From Pecten maximus (lineage: Eukaryota): DNA of 64,000 bases. Positions 14,701 to 27,741 of the stretch are shown one piece after another (the first letter of the stretch is position 1; every line of letters starts with the position of its first letter). The stretch is taken from positions 26,350,001 through 26,414,000 of the forward strand of contig NC_047024.1 in NCBI RefSeq assembly GCF_902652985.1. The letters are read 5' to 3'. The notes under the pieces were generated by a model. That model saw only the letters and a program-made list of their open reading frames with translations, was not told the DNA's origin and did not search any database. A program made the translations under genes and the position numbers.

Positions 14701-17700
14701 TTATTTTGAGAGATCTGATCAACTATATTCCTTGCAATTGTCTCCATAAATATTTTGTTTGGGAGACCTAAATGACTAAACGCATGCCTACCCATAGCCT
14801 CTATGGAAAGTTTTGTTTTAAGAGACCTGATTGGCAGAATGCAGCGTTCCATAGCCTCCATGGAAAATTTGTTTTGAGTGACCTGATTGGCTGAATGCCT
14901 TTCCATATCCTCCATGGAAGGTTTTGTTTGGAGAGACCTGATTGGCTGAATGCCTACCAATAGCCTCCATGGAAGGTTTTGTTTGGAGAGACCTGATTGG
15001 CTGAATGCCTACCCATAGCCTCCATGGAAGGTTTTGTTCTGGGAGACCTGATTGGCCAAATTGACATCCACAAATAGCCTCTTGTCCTTGTCTATCTGAG
15101 CCCGCTCATGGGGAGGGACCACTGGCTGGCTCGGATTTCGTAGTAGCTGAGTGAGATCAGAAGTCACGGTCACCCGGGCAGCCGTTCCCATGGCGGACAG
15201 AACAATCACTTCATCACTGCAAAAATAATACATACATTCCTTATATATCACACTTAAATTAAAACTTTCCAAGTTATGATACTTTTTCAGTTTTATGAAA
15301 ATTTGTCAGGAAAGCTTTTGGTTTGTTTTGTTTAACGTTCTATTAACAGCCAGGGTCATTTAAGGACATGCCAGGTTTTGGAGGTGGAGGAAAGCCGGAG
15401 TACCCGGAGAAAAACCACCGGCCTACGGTCAGTACCAGGCAACTGCTCCAAGTTGGTTTCAAACGCGCAACCCAGAGGTGAAGGGCTAGTGATAAAGTGT
15501 CGGGACACCTTAACCACTCAGCCACATCACCCCTGTCAGGAAAGACAAAATCTAGAGTAATGACAAAGATTTTGAGGAAAAGATGAGACAAATACATATA
15601 CATGTATATATTGCCTCTCCATCCCTCTACTCTCTGTATCAAAAGGTACATTCATTTCAAAGATCCTGGATATCCATATCAATTTGGAAAGATGGAAAGC
15701 CAAATTGAATGTTAATGTGCTGAGAAATTAAGACTTTATGTCTGATTTTATTGTGTATCACTGGGGCCCCAATTAACAGTTTGACTGTACATACTAACTG
15801 TTGTGAGAAGATATGTCGTTAACACATCCAGTACTTACCAGATAGAGGTGTGTTCTGAGTAGCCGAGCACAGCGTGACATCCCATGGCCCGGGCATGAGA
15901 TCGGATTTCTGTCCGTATCTCGGTCCACCAGGCATCGCGAGTCTCTGGTTCCTCTGTCAAAAACAAACTGGAATTGTCAACAGCAAACAAAACAAGCACA
16001 AAAAATCATTGACAGTTGAAACCATCTCCATTATCAAAATTATAGAATAAAGTAATATATTTACATGTCCAATGTATATCTATGATAGGAAATATTTCAA
16101 TTTTTGTTTGGAAAAATATATATATAAGTTTGTACAATGTGTGTTTAATATTATTTTTTTGAAAAAATATTATCTAATATTTTCAACACTAAGCATTGCT
16201 CTACACATAAGATGTTTCATTGAATACTATGTATCAATTACCGATAAATATCTCCTGAAATCATTCCATTTCAAATTACACAGCCTTACCAAAGAAATAG
16301 AAGTATTTTGAATTTTCTTGTTTAACTTAGCTTTCATTAATGTGATATTTGTTATGATTTAGATATCAACTTCATCGTATGTAATATTATAAGAATGCAA
16401 TGTTAACAAGATCATCCCAAAACACACAATAACCTGGGTTGTGTATCTTGTCCAGAAGTTTGACTGAGCGGGCCGACACCACACCTCCCAGGTGGACGAT
16501 GAAGCCTGGTGGGAATGATGTCATCGTGAAAAATGGGTACTCCTGAAAAAGAGAGTCAACTTATTAACAGGAGTAGTTTAAGTTTCACTGGCCCAAAGCA
16601 GTAGAGATGTTGTGCAGAAAAATATTTTCTAGTGTCATCATTTTGTCTTTTATCTTGAGATTGGAAAATTAATCCCAAGCAAGCATTTTTTATTAGGTAA
16701 CACTATATGAAATATATGTTTGATCAAATAAAGGAATATGAAGTTATTGTTTGGAAATAGAAAATGGACAATCTACCAATGAGAAAGACAGAGGGATATT
16801 CCTATGTTTAGTTTTACCTTGTATGGTGAGGATATGAGAAAGACAGAGGGAGATTTCTATGTCTAGTTTTACCTTGTATGGTGAGGATATGAGAAAGACA
16901 GAGGGAGATTTCTATGTCTAGTTTTACCTTGTATGGTGAGGATATGAGAAAGACAGAGGGAGATTTCTATGTCTAGGTTTACCTTGTATGGTGAGGATAT
17001 GAGAAAGACAGAGGGACATTTCTGTCTAGTTTTACCTTGTATGGTGAGGATATGAGAAAGACAGAGGGACATTTCTATGTCTAGTTTTACCTTATATGGT
17101 GAGGATTGCAAATTCAGAAAATGTTTATAAGACAGTAAAGGCTGGATGCAAAGTCTAAACAAAGTTGATTAAATTGAAATTGACAGTTTACAATTCATGG
17201 CCATTATGTACATATGCACTGTACAATCAATGATGACTATTCCTGTCAGTGTTACAGAAGGACTGCAAGATGGACTGAAAGATGGACTGATAGATGGTTT
17301 ACAGATAGACTGACAGATAGACTGATAGATAGCCTAGGGATGGACTGACAGACAGATAGGGTGAAGAAATGAAAATGTTGAATATTCTACCATCTGGAAC
17401 ATACCATCATCTCTATACTCGGCTGCTGGGCTGATAACTTGGGTATGGCTTTCCCTCCACTACCAAACGCACTACCACTGCCACTACTCTCAGTCAAACT
17501 GTTATTTCCTGGTAAAAAAAATCATATTGTTGTTTACTAGTATAAAAACACTGGTCTTTATTTTCGAACGTTCGTGATCATTTTACCACCTGTGCTGTTT
17601 AATTTACTTTAATAGTATTCGATGTTCCACCACTGGGATTTGCACACTGGTATGACCTAATTTCTTAGAGCTTCTGATTTAGAGTTTGCATCCTTTAATT

Positions 17701-20700
17701 TGGATGCATTATATTAGTCTTATCTATGCTATTACTATTTTTCAAATAGTTTTGATTGAACATTTATGCTAGAAATATTTCACATTCTATTAACTTTACC
17801 TTTGAAATGGGATTTCCATATTAACTGAATACTACCTACCTTTAGGCGGGGTGTTGCTGAGGTCTGAATCGGATGACCGACGTCGTATACGTTGTGGCAA
17901 CAGTGGAGACACCTTCATTGGTGATGTGGTGCACTGCTGAACCTGGGAAGGTGGGGAGGATGGAACAACCGCATCTTCGGGTACCGGGGAACTGAAAAGG
18001 AAACTAAATGCTGATTGGCTGCCATTATGGAAGGGCGGAGCTGAGGGTGGGGGTGATGATAGGGGAGACTGTCGGACAGGTGTATGGGGCGGAGTCCCAA
18101 TGTGATGAAACGTGAGAGACCTGGATACGAATGAGTGGACAGCATGCCGCAGACTGAAAGAATAGAGAAATAAAACAGTGTTAGATCACAGCACACAGTT
18201 AATTAAAACACAAAATTCAACAACAACACAAGACATTAATATGATTTCTTAATTTCATATATTTACATCCTTTTTACTAATTTTTTTACTCATTACGAAT
18301 GAATGCTGGAATTTGTGGATCAAAACCTGGTATTGAACATCTTAAATATAAAAATGGAGACCAAGAAAACTAAGAACAGTTTCAAACCAAATCAGCATTA
18401 ACATTTTATTAATGTAATAGAAAGATATACAATAGATTTTAGTGGCTGGAAAACATTGTTTCAATAATTGATAATATTATTCACAAAAAAACAATGAACA
18501 AGATATTAAAGTCTTTCCTAATGATAAAAGTCAGCGTACTTTGATTTTTGCTGGTGTAGAACTTGGTATCATAACAAAAAGTATGTGTAATTATTTGTCA
18601 TGTCGGACTCCTTTTATCAGTACAGTAGTTTTAAATTCCTTAACTTTCTGTAGTTTTGTCAAAAGCAACCAAAAACAAACCTCCACTTTAATCTAATTAC
18701 AGCCTGGATACATCCTGTATACCTCATAGACATGTGTAAGTATTGATACATTGTAAATAGTAAATTTTACAAAATCACGAATTCTCCAACTTCACATCAA
18801 TATGAAATTATACAAGAGGCCCAGAGGGCCTGTATCGCTCACCTCGTTTCATGAGATATGAAACAAGAATGATGCTTAAGTATATTTGTCGTTGGTATTG
18901 CTATGTCAATATATATCATACAATGTAAGCATTTCATATGGGTACATGTACATTGGTTTTATTTTAATACTAAAAATGCCAAAAAGTGCATTAATCCATG
19001 AAATGAAATTGACTTTTGGCGCGACCCCATAGGGATGCTACCACACAAATGTGAGTGATATTCATTGCTTAGTTTCAGAGAAGAACTTGTTTAGACCAAT
19101 TGACCCCTTTTGACCCTGCCCTCTGCCCCCTGGGAGGTCAGCTCCTTCCTTTATACAATTTTGAATTCCTACCCCAATAGGATATTACCAGTCAAACCAT
19201 TGCTAAGTTTCAGAGAATAAGTTGTTTAAATCAATTTAGCCAAATTGACCCCTTTTGGCCTCACCCCTCAACCCACTGGCGGCCCGGGTCAACCCAAATC
19301 ATTTGTACAATTTTGAATCCCCACCCCATAACCATGCTACCATACAAATGTAAGTAATATCCATTGCTTAGTTTCATAGAAGAAGTTGTTTAAACAAATT
19401 GACCAATTTTGGTCCCCGCCCCTCAGGCCCCTGGGGGGTCAGCTCCATCATTTGTACAATTTAGAATCCCCATCCCATAGTGATGCTACCAGACAAATAT
19501 GAGCGATAGCCATTGCTTGGTTTCAGAGAAGAAGTCGTTTATATCAATAGTGCCAAATTGACCCCTTTTGGCCCCGCCCCAGAGGCCCCCAGGGGGTCAG
19601 CCCTATCATTTGTACAATTTTGAGTCCCCTACCCATAAGGATGCCTCTGACTAAATTTGTTAAAATTCCGATCAGCGGTTATGAAAAAAAATCACTCTTC
19701 CTGACCAAGTGACAAAATATATTTGATCTATTACAGAACCAATTTGACTATAAACTAATTTGCCAGTGAATTGGAGAAGCAATAAAGATCTTCTAATATT
19801 TCTCAAAATCCAAAGTTTTTAAGCTTAAAATATGGCAACAAATTAAAAAGGAGAGGGTAGAGGGTCAGTGCAAGGAGAGCTCTTTTGATCAACAACGATC
19901 ATATATTTACAATTAGCATTTTTTCATGCAGGGGATCATTGGTCAAGGGAAATGAAATGTGTTTGAACACAACACTTGTACGAACTGTATTAATTTAGTG
20001 CGAACCAAACCAAATCCTTCCCAACACCAGTCAAAATGTCCTCTTACACAACAGACAACACTATACGGTCTGAATGTAATTAGTAATTAGACACACATGT
20101 CAATCTATCACCAGGGTGGGTAAAAATAGGTGTATGTAAGTCATAGCTATATACAACACTATCACATATCTTTAGATTCACATGATATATGGAATGAAAT
20201 ATAACAGTGCAAAAATTATTGGAATTCAAACAAGTACAAAATAATGTATATAGTATGAAATATAAATGTGCAAAGATCAATGTCATTCAGATAAAGTTTA
20301 CATTTCAAAATTTTGTTCTGATATAAGGTTCATGCTCAAGAAGGCTTATGACAGAAGTTACACAAGTTATATTGTATTTGTAATCATATAGTATATAACA
20401 GTGTTATAGCTATTTGTACATAACAAACGTTAAAATCTCTCGTAAGACAGACATATGTATCATGTATATAAAACTCAGCAAAATGTCTGGAGATGAGTAT
20501 ACATAATATTCCTAACAAAAATGTTGTATACCAAAAGTTTTAATAGCATACAATTTTTGATGGGTGCAAGTGTCTATTTCCTTAAAATGAACAATCTATC
20601 TAATCTATGTTAGTAGGGTATATAATATTCTTACACCTTGTGTCCATTTTTCTGATACCCAATCATTTAATGTAAAAAAATATTATGATAAATGTGAAAT

Positions 20701-23700
20701 CCGTTTTATTACTTTTTATTACAAATTGTAATGAATGCATGATTCAATTAGCCACGGTAACCATATCAATCACAAACGCATAAAGTATGAGATTTGAATG
20801 TTTTAAATTGTTTGTTTTCAAATTGCAATTATCTGTAAATCTAAATACTTTCTAGAATATAAGAGCTGATTTGTATAATTCTGGATGCAATATTGCATGA
20901 CTAATGTAAAGAAACTCCCTCCTTTTCTCTCTCATTATTTATCTATACCATACCATAAAATGACACAGAAAATTCAATTTTACATTAAAAATGAAAAAGG
21001 AAAGATTAACGAAGCTTTGAGACATAATTAAAGTAAAGATTGAAGATTTAAACATTTCAACTGACATTCTGTTCTAGATTTTTTATGGCAGAAGATGAAC
21101 ATCCATGCAGAGATAGAGAAGAGAGAACCAAATGTATGTTAAGTGCCTATACTGGGAACAAAACAAGTGATTCCAACTACCGGGTGAGTATTTACGATAC
21201 AGGTACAAAATCAAACATTTACCTTTTACATGTATCTTGTACGCTTAGCAATTACATGTTCCAATGAAAAACATAATATATAAATGTATTAGATTTTAAA
21301 ATCCTATACATATCAGATATAAGATTGGCAAATATTAGTAGTAATGGGTCATCTGATAGATAAATATTTTATAATAGCCATGTAGAAATGGTTTGAAACT
21401 TTATGAACATTTCTACTGTATCAGGGCTAATCCAGATATGAAGATAAATGAAACTTTCTGTTTCTTCCCAATATATAGATGGTGTCTTAAGTAACCATAT
21501 ACATTCCCCAGGCACAGTATTCATATAAAGATATGGAGATGGATGGAACTTTCCAGTTTCATGTATGGATGCTGGTGTCTAAAATAGCTGTATACATACC
21601 AAATGTATAGTATTAATTGCAGGGAAGGTATTGGGTCACAAAAGTGTTTTTTAAAAGCCCTCCCTTGTATTTCACATAAAATATATATGTACCTGGATTA
21701 GCCCTGAGTATTAAATAACAATAGATTACTGGACAAAATATTTTATTTCTTCAAAATGAGAATGTATTTTCAAAAGATGCAGAGAAACTGAGGTTCAGCA
21801 GGGTACAGTATATTTTCTTAGTCAAATACTAACCATATCTAATTATTTAAAATAGAACATACTTTCATAAAAATATTTAACTGGCAACAAGTGAAATAGA
21901 GTTATTCCCCCTGAAGGACCACTTACTCTTTGGGTTGCGGCGAGACCCCTAGGGGTGATGGCACAGGTTTGAGGTCAGGCCTATTGATTGTTACGGCTGT
22001 ACCGATACTACGAACAACAATTCCCGACTCGCCTTCTAGATCAAAACACTGAGTGTACCTGTAACAAAATTTCAACATGTCACGCATCATAGACTTCATG
22101 TCACGCATCACAGACATGTTAATGTTAGATGTCACGCATCACAGACTTGTTAATGTTATAGGTCATGCATCACAGGCTTGATAATGTTTACATATTCTTG
22201 GAAATATATCTACAATAAATATTATTTAATATGAGGGTGATCATGGCAGGAGTTTAAATAATTGAAAGTTCAGATATGTAGCATTTTACTGAATTTTTTA
22301 AACAACAAACCATTCACATTTAATCAGTATCAGTCAAAAATTAGTTTTCCAGTAATATGTAGTTTTCAAAAACTAAATATGCTCAGCACTTTATGAACTT
22401 TTCTTATGGTACATTCAAGCTCAAGTTTCCAGTTGTCCTCTTATCCCAAGACTTTATTTCTGTAGATAAGTTATATTGATATGGAGATTACTGTATACTA
22501 CAATGAAACATCAATTAGAAATTCATTAATTACCCTATAACTGAGTTACCACCGAGTTCTAAAACCTTCAGCCCTATCTTCCTCTGTAATTCTCCTAAAT
22601 AAAGTAAAGAAAGAGATCAACATTAGATATATGTCGGGACATCTGTAGGAGAGTTATAAAAACAGGACTAGATGGTACATGTATCATCAATATTTTGAAG
22701 CAGTTTGGACAGGCTGTGTTATTTGCACAGTAAAATTTCATTACAATTCTCATCTAACATGGCAATTATTGTATAATCAATTCAAGTCTTATGTTCCAAT
22801 CAGAGAAAAGTGAACGATTGCTATGGTTACCCTGAAAGCCTGGAAAACAGCCTTTGTCGGGCCTCGTTGGAAGCCCGGGGTGTTCGTATTTTATCAATCC
22901 ACTGGTACTCCGGGTCGTCATTAACGACCAACTCCTCAACAAATCCATGGATCATCTGGAGCCGGTATCCACATGGCACCTCAGCAGCTGTAACAAACAG
23001 ACCATCTGATCACTGATTGGCTAAAAGGAAATTTCCTCCTTTATAACATTCTGCACATTAAGATTATTAAATATAGTAGAACATATCATGTATTGCTGAA
23101 TAATTTCCAAAAACACACAGAAAAAAATATAACTGTGAATGGCAATTCCCCTACATGTACATTGTACATGAAATGTACCTCTAATCATTTTCATATATAA
23201 ACAGTTAGTAATTTCACCAAGGATTTCCATGAAAACAAAGTTAAAGTCTACAAGAATTTCAATTAACCATACTTTTCTTATTGAGGCTTCATTTATAATT
23301 AATTTATGAAATTGTTCTAAAACTCTTAAAAAGCCAACACAAGGTATAGGTTCCTTTAAAGCTGCCCCCGACACCCTCCAGCACACCTGTTTTTTGTTTT
23401 GCTTCAAATATCTATATCTGCAACCCCAGTGCTGACGGATATCCCATTTTTACATCCCCATTCATAGAAAAAATTCTATACTACATTGATGTTAGGAACA
23501 AGTGAGAGAACAGATATCATTTCAATTTTCAAAACCAGTCAAGATCTCCAACCTATGTATGTTCTTGTTATCCAATGAAAGTTTATATTGATACATATTT
23601 ATGTAGTCTAATTCATCATCAGTTAATGTCTATAAACTGTTAGTTAATTAATATTCCTAATTGACAGTAGGATTCTTCCTGAAATCAAGAAATGAATGAA

Positions 23701-25839
23701 GGGGTACTACTCACTGCTGAAAAATTGAACTCCACATGATGAATGTCTGAATTTGTTGAAATCGCTGAACAGCTCAACTTTGACGATGACATTGAGCTCA
23801 CCTCTAATTCCTGTAAACAAAATAAGATAATACTACCAAGTAAAGGGTATCAATAGAAAAGTAGTTCTCTGACCTTCCCTTTCATATATAGACGACATAA
23901 CTAAATTATTTTTTTCCAGGGGAAAGAGTTACTTCCCTTTTTGAGGTATTTGTGTCTCATTTTGATGCTGTGCATTATACATCTTGGATACCAACATCAA
24001 TAAGATGAAGGAATGTGTGAGAAGACAATCATTCTGACAGTTTAGTCTTCCTTTTTATTGGTTTTTTTTCCCCTTTTTTTCAAGTATGATTTATAGAATA
24101 TTTCTGCAAATGGCTCAAGCCTTTTTTATGCTATCAGTCATAAATGATAGATTTTGATTTGATGGTATCCTTGAAAACTTATTGATATGTAACTGTGAGT
24201 CACTTACCATGCATGGTATCATAAATAGGGAACCAGCCACTGATGACATGTGGGTTTTCCTTGGTGAGAAGTGGGTTCAAGTCGATGTACACTTTACCTA
24301 TGGCATCATGAGCGCTGTAGGTATCATGGTCCAGGACCCTACAATGGGATTGATATTCAAAATGTTGATTCTCAATATATGATTTTTTTTTTTTTTTTTG
24401 ACAAATACAATTTTGTAATTAAGAAAACACCAATATGATGACACAACCCTTAAAAAATGAAAAAGAAGGGGGAACTTAAAATACAAATACAATGTCATAC
24501 AGTAAATAAATACCCATACATGATGGTAGACTGAATCTGTATTACATCTTATTATTCAGTTTATTAAAAAGTATTTCAATTTACAAATGGAACTAAGTTA
24601 CAATTCTCACAACAGAAAGATTCGGTAGCAATCTATTAAACTATGTATCTTAACACCGACATCATCTTGAATTATCTCCCTTTAAATGCCAGAGATTAGT
24701 TTCATTTTATACAGATTGCACTGCCTATCTAATAATTACTATCAAATTGCACAGGATGCAGTTACTACAGTACTCAATTGCAGAATCACTGACAGTTACC
24801 ATGTTATCAGGCATTAGGACAATGATATTGATGTTGACCAATGACAATAGTCCTTGACCAAAGATAGACATTAACCTTAAAACTGAACAATAAATAAAGA
24901 AAAATAAATGATACTCATGTCAATGATACATGTATCAAAAGGTTGTAACTCACCTCAGTTCCAATGGGTCATCTTGTAAGGACTCATCTTCAACCTGTAC
25001 AAAAAACAACATATGTAAATACCTATCCAGTCTTCATGATCTTTTTTACATTATGGAAAATATTTCTGTTTGTGAAATTCAAATATATAAACATCAGGAA
25101 AGGATATTTGTGAGTTAAGGTTTAAGTTATTAAAGCTGTAGGTCAGATTCAATGTCTTTAGTCTATTTTTGATATAGTCATTACAAATAATTCACGAAAT
25201 GAGTGATCTCAAATAAACAATTAACAACGTTTAAATCTAAACCATTGAATACCTCAAACTTGAACCATTCTGAAGCCCACTGTGGATTTAGGGATCGTTT
25301 ACAAACATCCGTCTTGAAGGCTTCATTTCCAAATCTAACCTGTAAAAGAAAAATAATGAAAACAGCAATTAATTAATTTTTTTATTGTATGTTATATATA
25401 TCAATTTACTTTATTGTTATTATACAGCGAAATTAAAACATAATTTTATCTTTCTTTCCCATTTAAATATATGCATAAAAGAAATTTTTAAGATTAAGCT
25501 CCGAGTTCATGATAAAGGAGTTTTCCTTATTGAAATTTGCTACCGGGGTATATGAAATTCAATTACCTGGTACTCAAATATCTGGTAAAGGAATATTATG
25601 CAAAATAGGGGTTAGAAAATTTGTAAACATGGAGTTCAAGTCCGAAATGTTAATTTATCAATCATTGACTGAGCGACTAATGATCAATGTGGTTAAAAAA
25701 AAATCTTTGAAAAAATATCTATTAAGAATTAAAGTATAAGATCTCATACCTCTACAAAGGCATCAGTAAGGTCAGTTGACCGATCCATGATGGGTAGGGC
25801 TCTCCCACTGACCACCCGAACCTTCAACTTTCCCGGCAT
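8741..25839 (-). CDS. C2CD5: C2 domain-containing protein 5 (CDP138/KIAA0528 homolog); multi-exon, 3' part lies outside the window
   Basis: Hand-spliced exons, in transcript order: 25750-25839 (MPGKLKVRVVSGRALPIMDRSTDLTDAFVE), 25253-25339, 24954-24994, 24208-24338 (VLDHDTYSAHDAIGKVYIDL), 23715-23810, 22832-22987 (GFVEELVVNDDPEYQWIDKIRTPRASNEARQR), 22534-22594 (ELQRKIGLKVLE), 21927-22058 (QCFDLEGESG), 17840-18153, 17405-17508, 16434-16542 (EYPFFT...GGVVSARSVKLLD), 15839-15953 (EPETRDAWW), 15013-15216, 14234-14335, 13599-13688 (KVPDVLFTTID), 11612-11669, 10625-10678 (LPFLEYELHNQLMNKLK), 10121-10195, 9772-9834, 8741-8839. Introns are GT-AG and phase-consistent except one donor (see findings). 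About 727 codons with no stop. The motifs match vertebrate C2CD5 as I recall it. Confidence 0.93.
10215..10412. repeat. 59-bp tandem repeat x3
   Basis: Unit CCCATGATCAACACCTGGTATCATATTAACATACTGTATCACACCAGTACAGATCAAAT. Confidence 0.85.
11280..11660 (-). repeat. Degenerate ~65-bp repeat (~6 copies) derived from C2CD5 exon 11612-11669 plus donor
   Basis: The units match ATGAAATTGAAAGGAAAAGGAGAGACAAATGCAAGAGAGATAAGTGAT|GTAGGTATCTTGGC. Confidence 0.85.
11853..13555. repeat. 28-29-bp intronic minisatellite
   Basis: Unit TGTAGCTCACTATTACCTATAACAGGTAC repeated over ~1.7 kb. Confidence 0.95.
14700..15057 (-). repeat. ~55-bp repeat (~6-7 copies) derived from the end of C2CD5 exon 15013-15216 plus donor
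   Basis: Unit GCCAATCAGGTCTCTCCAAACAAAACCTTCCATGGAGGCTATGG|GTAGGCATTCA, decaying with distance from the exon. Confidence 0.88.
15318..15533 (-). mobile_element. tRNA-derived SINE with a V-domain-like body
   Basis: A box TGGCTGAGTGG, B-box-like GGTTTGAAACC, body TCTCCGGGTACTCCGGCTTTCCTCCACC, AAAC-rich tail. Other copies at 35613-35797 and 49018-49118. Confidence 0.75.
16779..17106. repeat. 55-bp tandem repeat x6
   Basis: Unit ACCTTGTATGGTGAGGATATGAGAAAGACAGAGGGAGATTTCTATGTCTAGTTTT. Confidence 0.9.
18811..19686 (+). mobile_element. Second copy of the same HINE-like family, 3' truncated
   Basis: Starts ACAAGAGGCCCAGAGGGCCTGTATCGCTCACCT (5' hairpin plus subterminal motif), followed by the same ~154-bp units as at 1-780. 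Confidence 0.75.
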
Positions 25840-26076
25840 CTTTTTTGTTTATCAGGTTCTGCTGGTATTAAGGTTCTGTAGAAATCAAGTTAAACAGTAT
25901 ACATTTAAATACATCACACTCTTCTGTTAAATTTGATCTTTAAATGCAATGTTTTTCACCACTAAAATATGCTAATTTATTTGCTCTCCAACACATTCCT
26001 GACATGCCTCGGGACAGGAATCCAACCCATATCCTGTATGATTATTCGTAGCATTTTGATTATCTTCACTATGAAG

Positions 26077-26183
26077 AGTAACAGGAAATACATAGCTGCC
26101 AGATCGGGACTCAAACCTCCAAACTCTAAACAAATGCTTTAACTGTTTACTACCAGCATTCAGACCAGTCCAGTTATACTACA
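26077..26183 (-). mobile_element. Degenerate solo LTR related to the TRIM
   Basis: GTAACAGGAAATACATAGCTGCCAGATCGGGACTCAAACC...ACCAGTCCAGTTATACTACA aligns loosely with the 129-bp LTR. Confidence 0.5.
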
Positions 26184-27393
26184 GAAGCAAAGGTTATTTC
26201 ATTTTAAATAATGAAGATTTCTCTATACAATTATTATATACACTACAAAGAAGAATTTAAGATAATTTCTGCTATCCAAAGTGTGTATGTGTTAACTCCA
26301 TGATATAGAGCATGGATACTTAATGACACACCCGACGATTTTTTTTTGCATTTTTCCTCCAAGTGGCCCAGGATTGTGTTTTTTTATATAAGGACTAATG
26401 CCAGACTTTCGTCGTACTTTTGACAATTTCAATATATATCACTCATTTTAAAAACAAAATCTGCTTGATATGACTCTCTTCAGAGAATATGGATACTGGT
26501 TAATGAAATATAGACTGTGTATTTGCAAATATATCTAAAATATCATTTGATCAGAATACAATAACTGAATATAAATCTACTAAGTATAACTAATTACAGC
26601 ATTGATCTGCAGATACCCCATCTTTTCCGTCGCCTTATTTTCATCTCTGTAGGGAGTGATCATTAATTGTTCAAAGCTGAAACGGTAGTATAATGTATAT
26701 TAATTAACACTTTCCAGTTTTACAATTTCATTTTTCTTTTTTTGATAATCAAATTATGCAATTGGGCTCAATCTTATTTTTTGATGTTGCTAGTCTACAA
26801 ATTGTTGAAAACTATTTTTATCAACAAAAAAAGAAGTTACATGAGTGTGCAAAATTACGTTTCTGATCATCTTCAAAACCAAAAATAAGTTTTCAACAGC
26901 TTCGAATTCCCTGCGCAGTGATTCGTGTGCACACATCAGGTTACACATTTGTACATCTAACAATGTGAGGTATCTTTCTCAATTTGAAATAAATTGATAG
27001 AAATTTACTTAAATACATACCAAAAGTGTGTGAAATTACATACATGTACTCCCACTCTACATTAAACATTATATTGTTGCAGTGTTCCACTTGCATCATG
27101 GTTGCTGTTTCCATCATACCAAGTACCCTGGTAACTTCATTTATAACATGTACATTATTTAGATATACATGTATGTGGATTAAATAAACCCTTAATGTCT
27201 CTTGCTCTACCAACCCAGCTAAAGTAGAGCAGTGGAGTCCGGTAGCACACTAGAGACTCGAGCTTGATTTCTATTGGGGCACTTGGCAGGATCATGTTCC
27301 CCGGGAATTGGCGCCCAAAGTAATTATAAGGGGGTGGTATATTGAGAGTCTCAATTTATATTTGGGAAAAGGAAAAACAGGGAGGGTAGCATG

Positions 27394-27741
27394 TGTAACA
27401 GGAGAGGAGAAAATGTAGCGGCCAGACCAGGGTTCGAACCCTGGACCTCCGAACACTAGCCGGATGCTCTACCAATTGAGCTACCTTGTCACCGATGATC
27501 GACCCAGTCCAGTCTCGCTACACACTTCCCTCCTTTTTTTCAAGTCTTCACCCTCGAAGACACACAGGACCCTTATACCACCACCGTGGGTATTTTAGTT
27601 GGGCGCCAATTTTGTAACAGGAGAGGAGAAAATGTAGCGGCCAGACCGGGGTTCGAACCCGGGACCTCCGAACACTAGCCGGATGCTCTACCAATTGAGC
27701 TACCTTGTCACCGATGATCGACCCAGTCCAGTCCCGCTACA
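27394..27741 (-). mobile_element. TRIM (miniature non-autonomous LTR retrotransposon) with tRNA-derived LTRs, Helenus-like
   Basis: Two 129-bp direct repeats (27394-27522 and 27613-27741) with TG...CA ends and a 4-bp TSD (CATG) on both sides. On the minus strand: PBS TGGCGCCCAAC, PPT AAAAAAGGAGGGAAG, and A/B boxes (TAGCTCAATTGG, GGTTCGAACCC) inside each LTR. Confidence 0.88.

Noticed and set aside
16779-17106. 55-bp repeat with donor-like AAG|GTAAAA as a fifth exon-end array
   Set aside because: There is no adjacent acceptor or exon, and the flanking C2CD5 exons join in frame without one.
27420-27710. Two tRNA genes
   Set aside because: The tRNA-like sequences are embedded in LTRs with PBS, PPT and TSD, and I could not see a complete cloverleaf.
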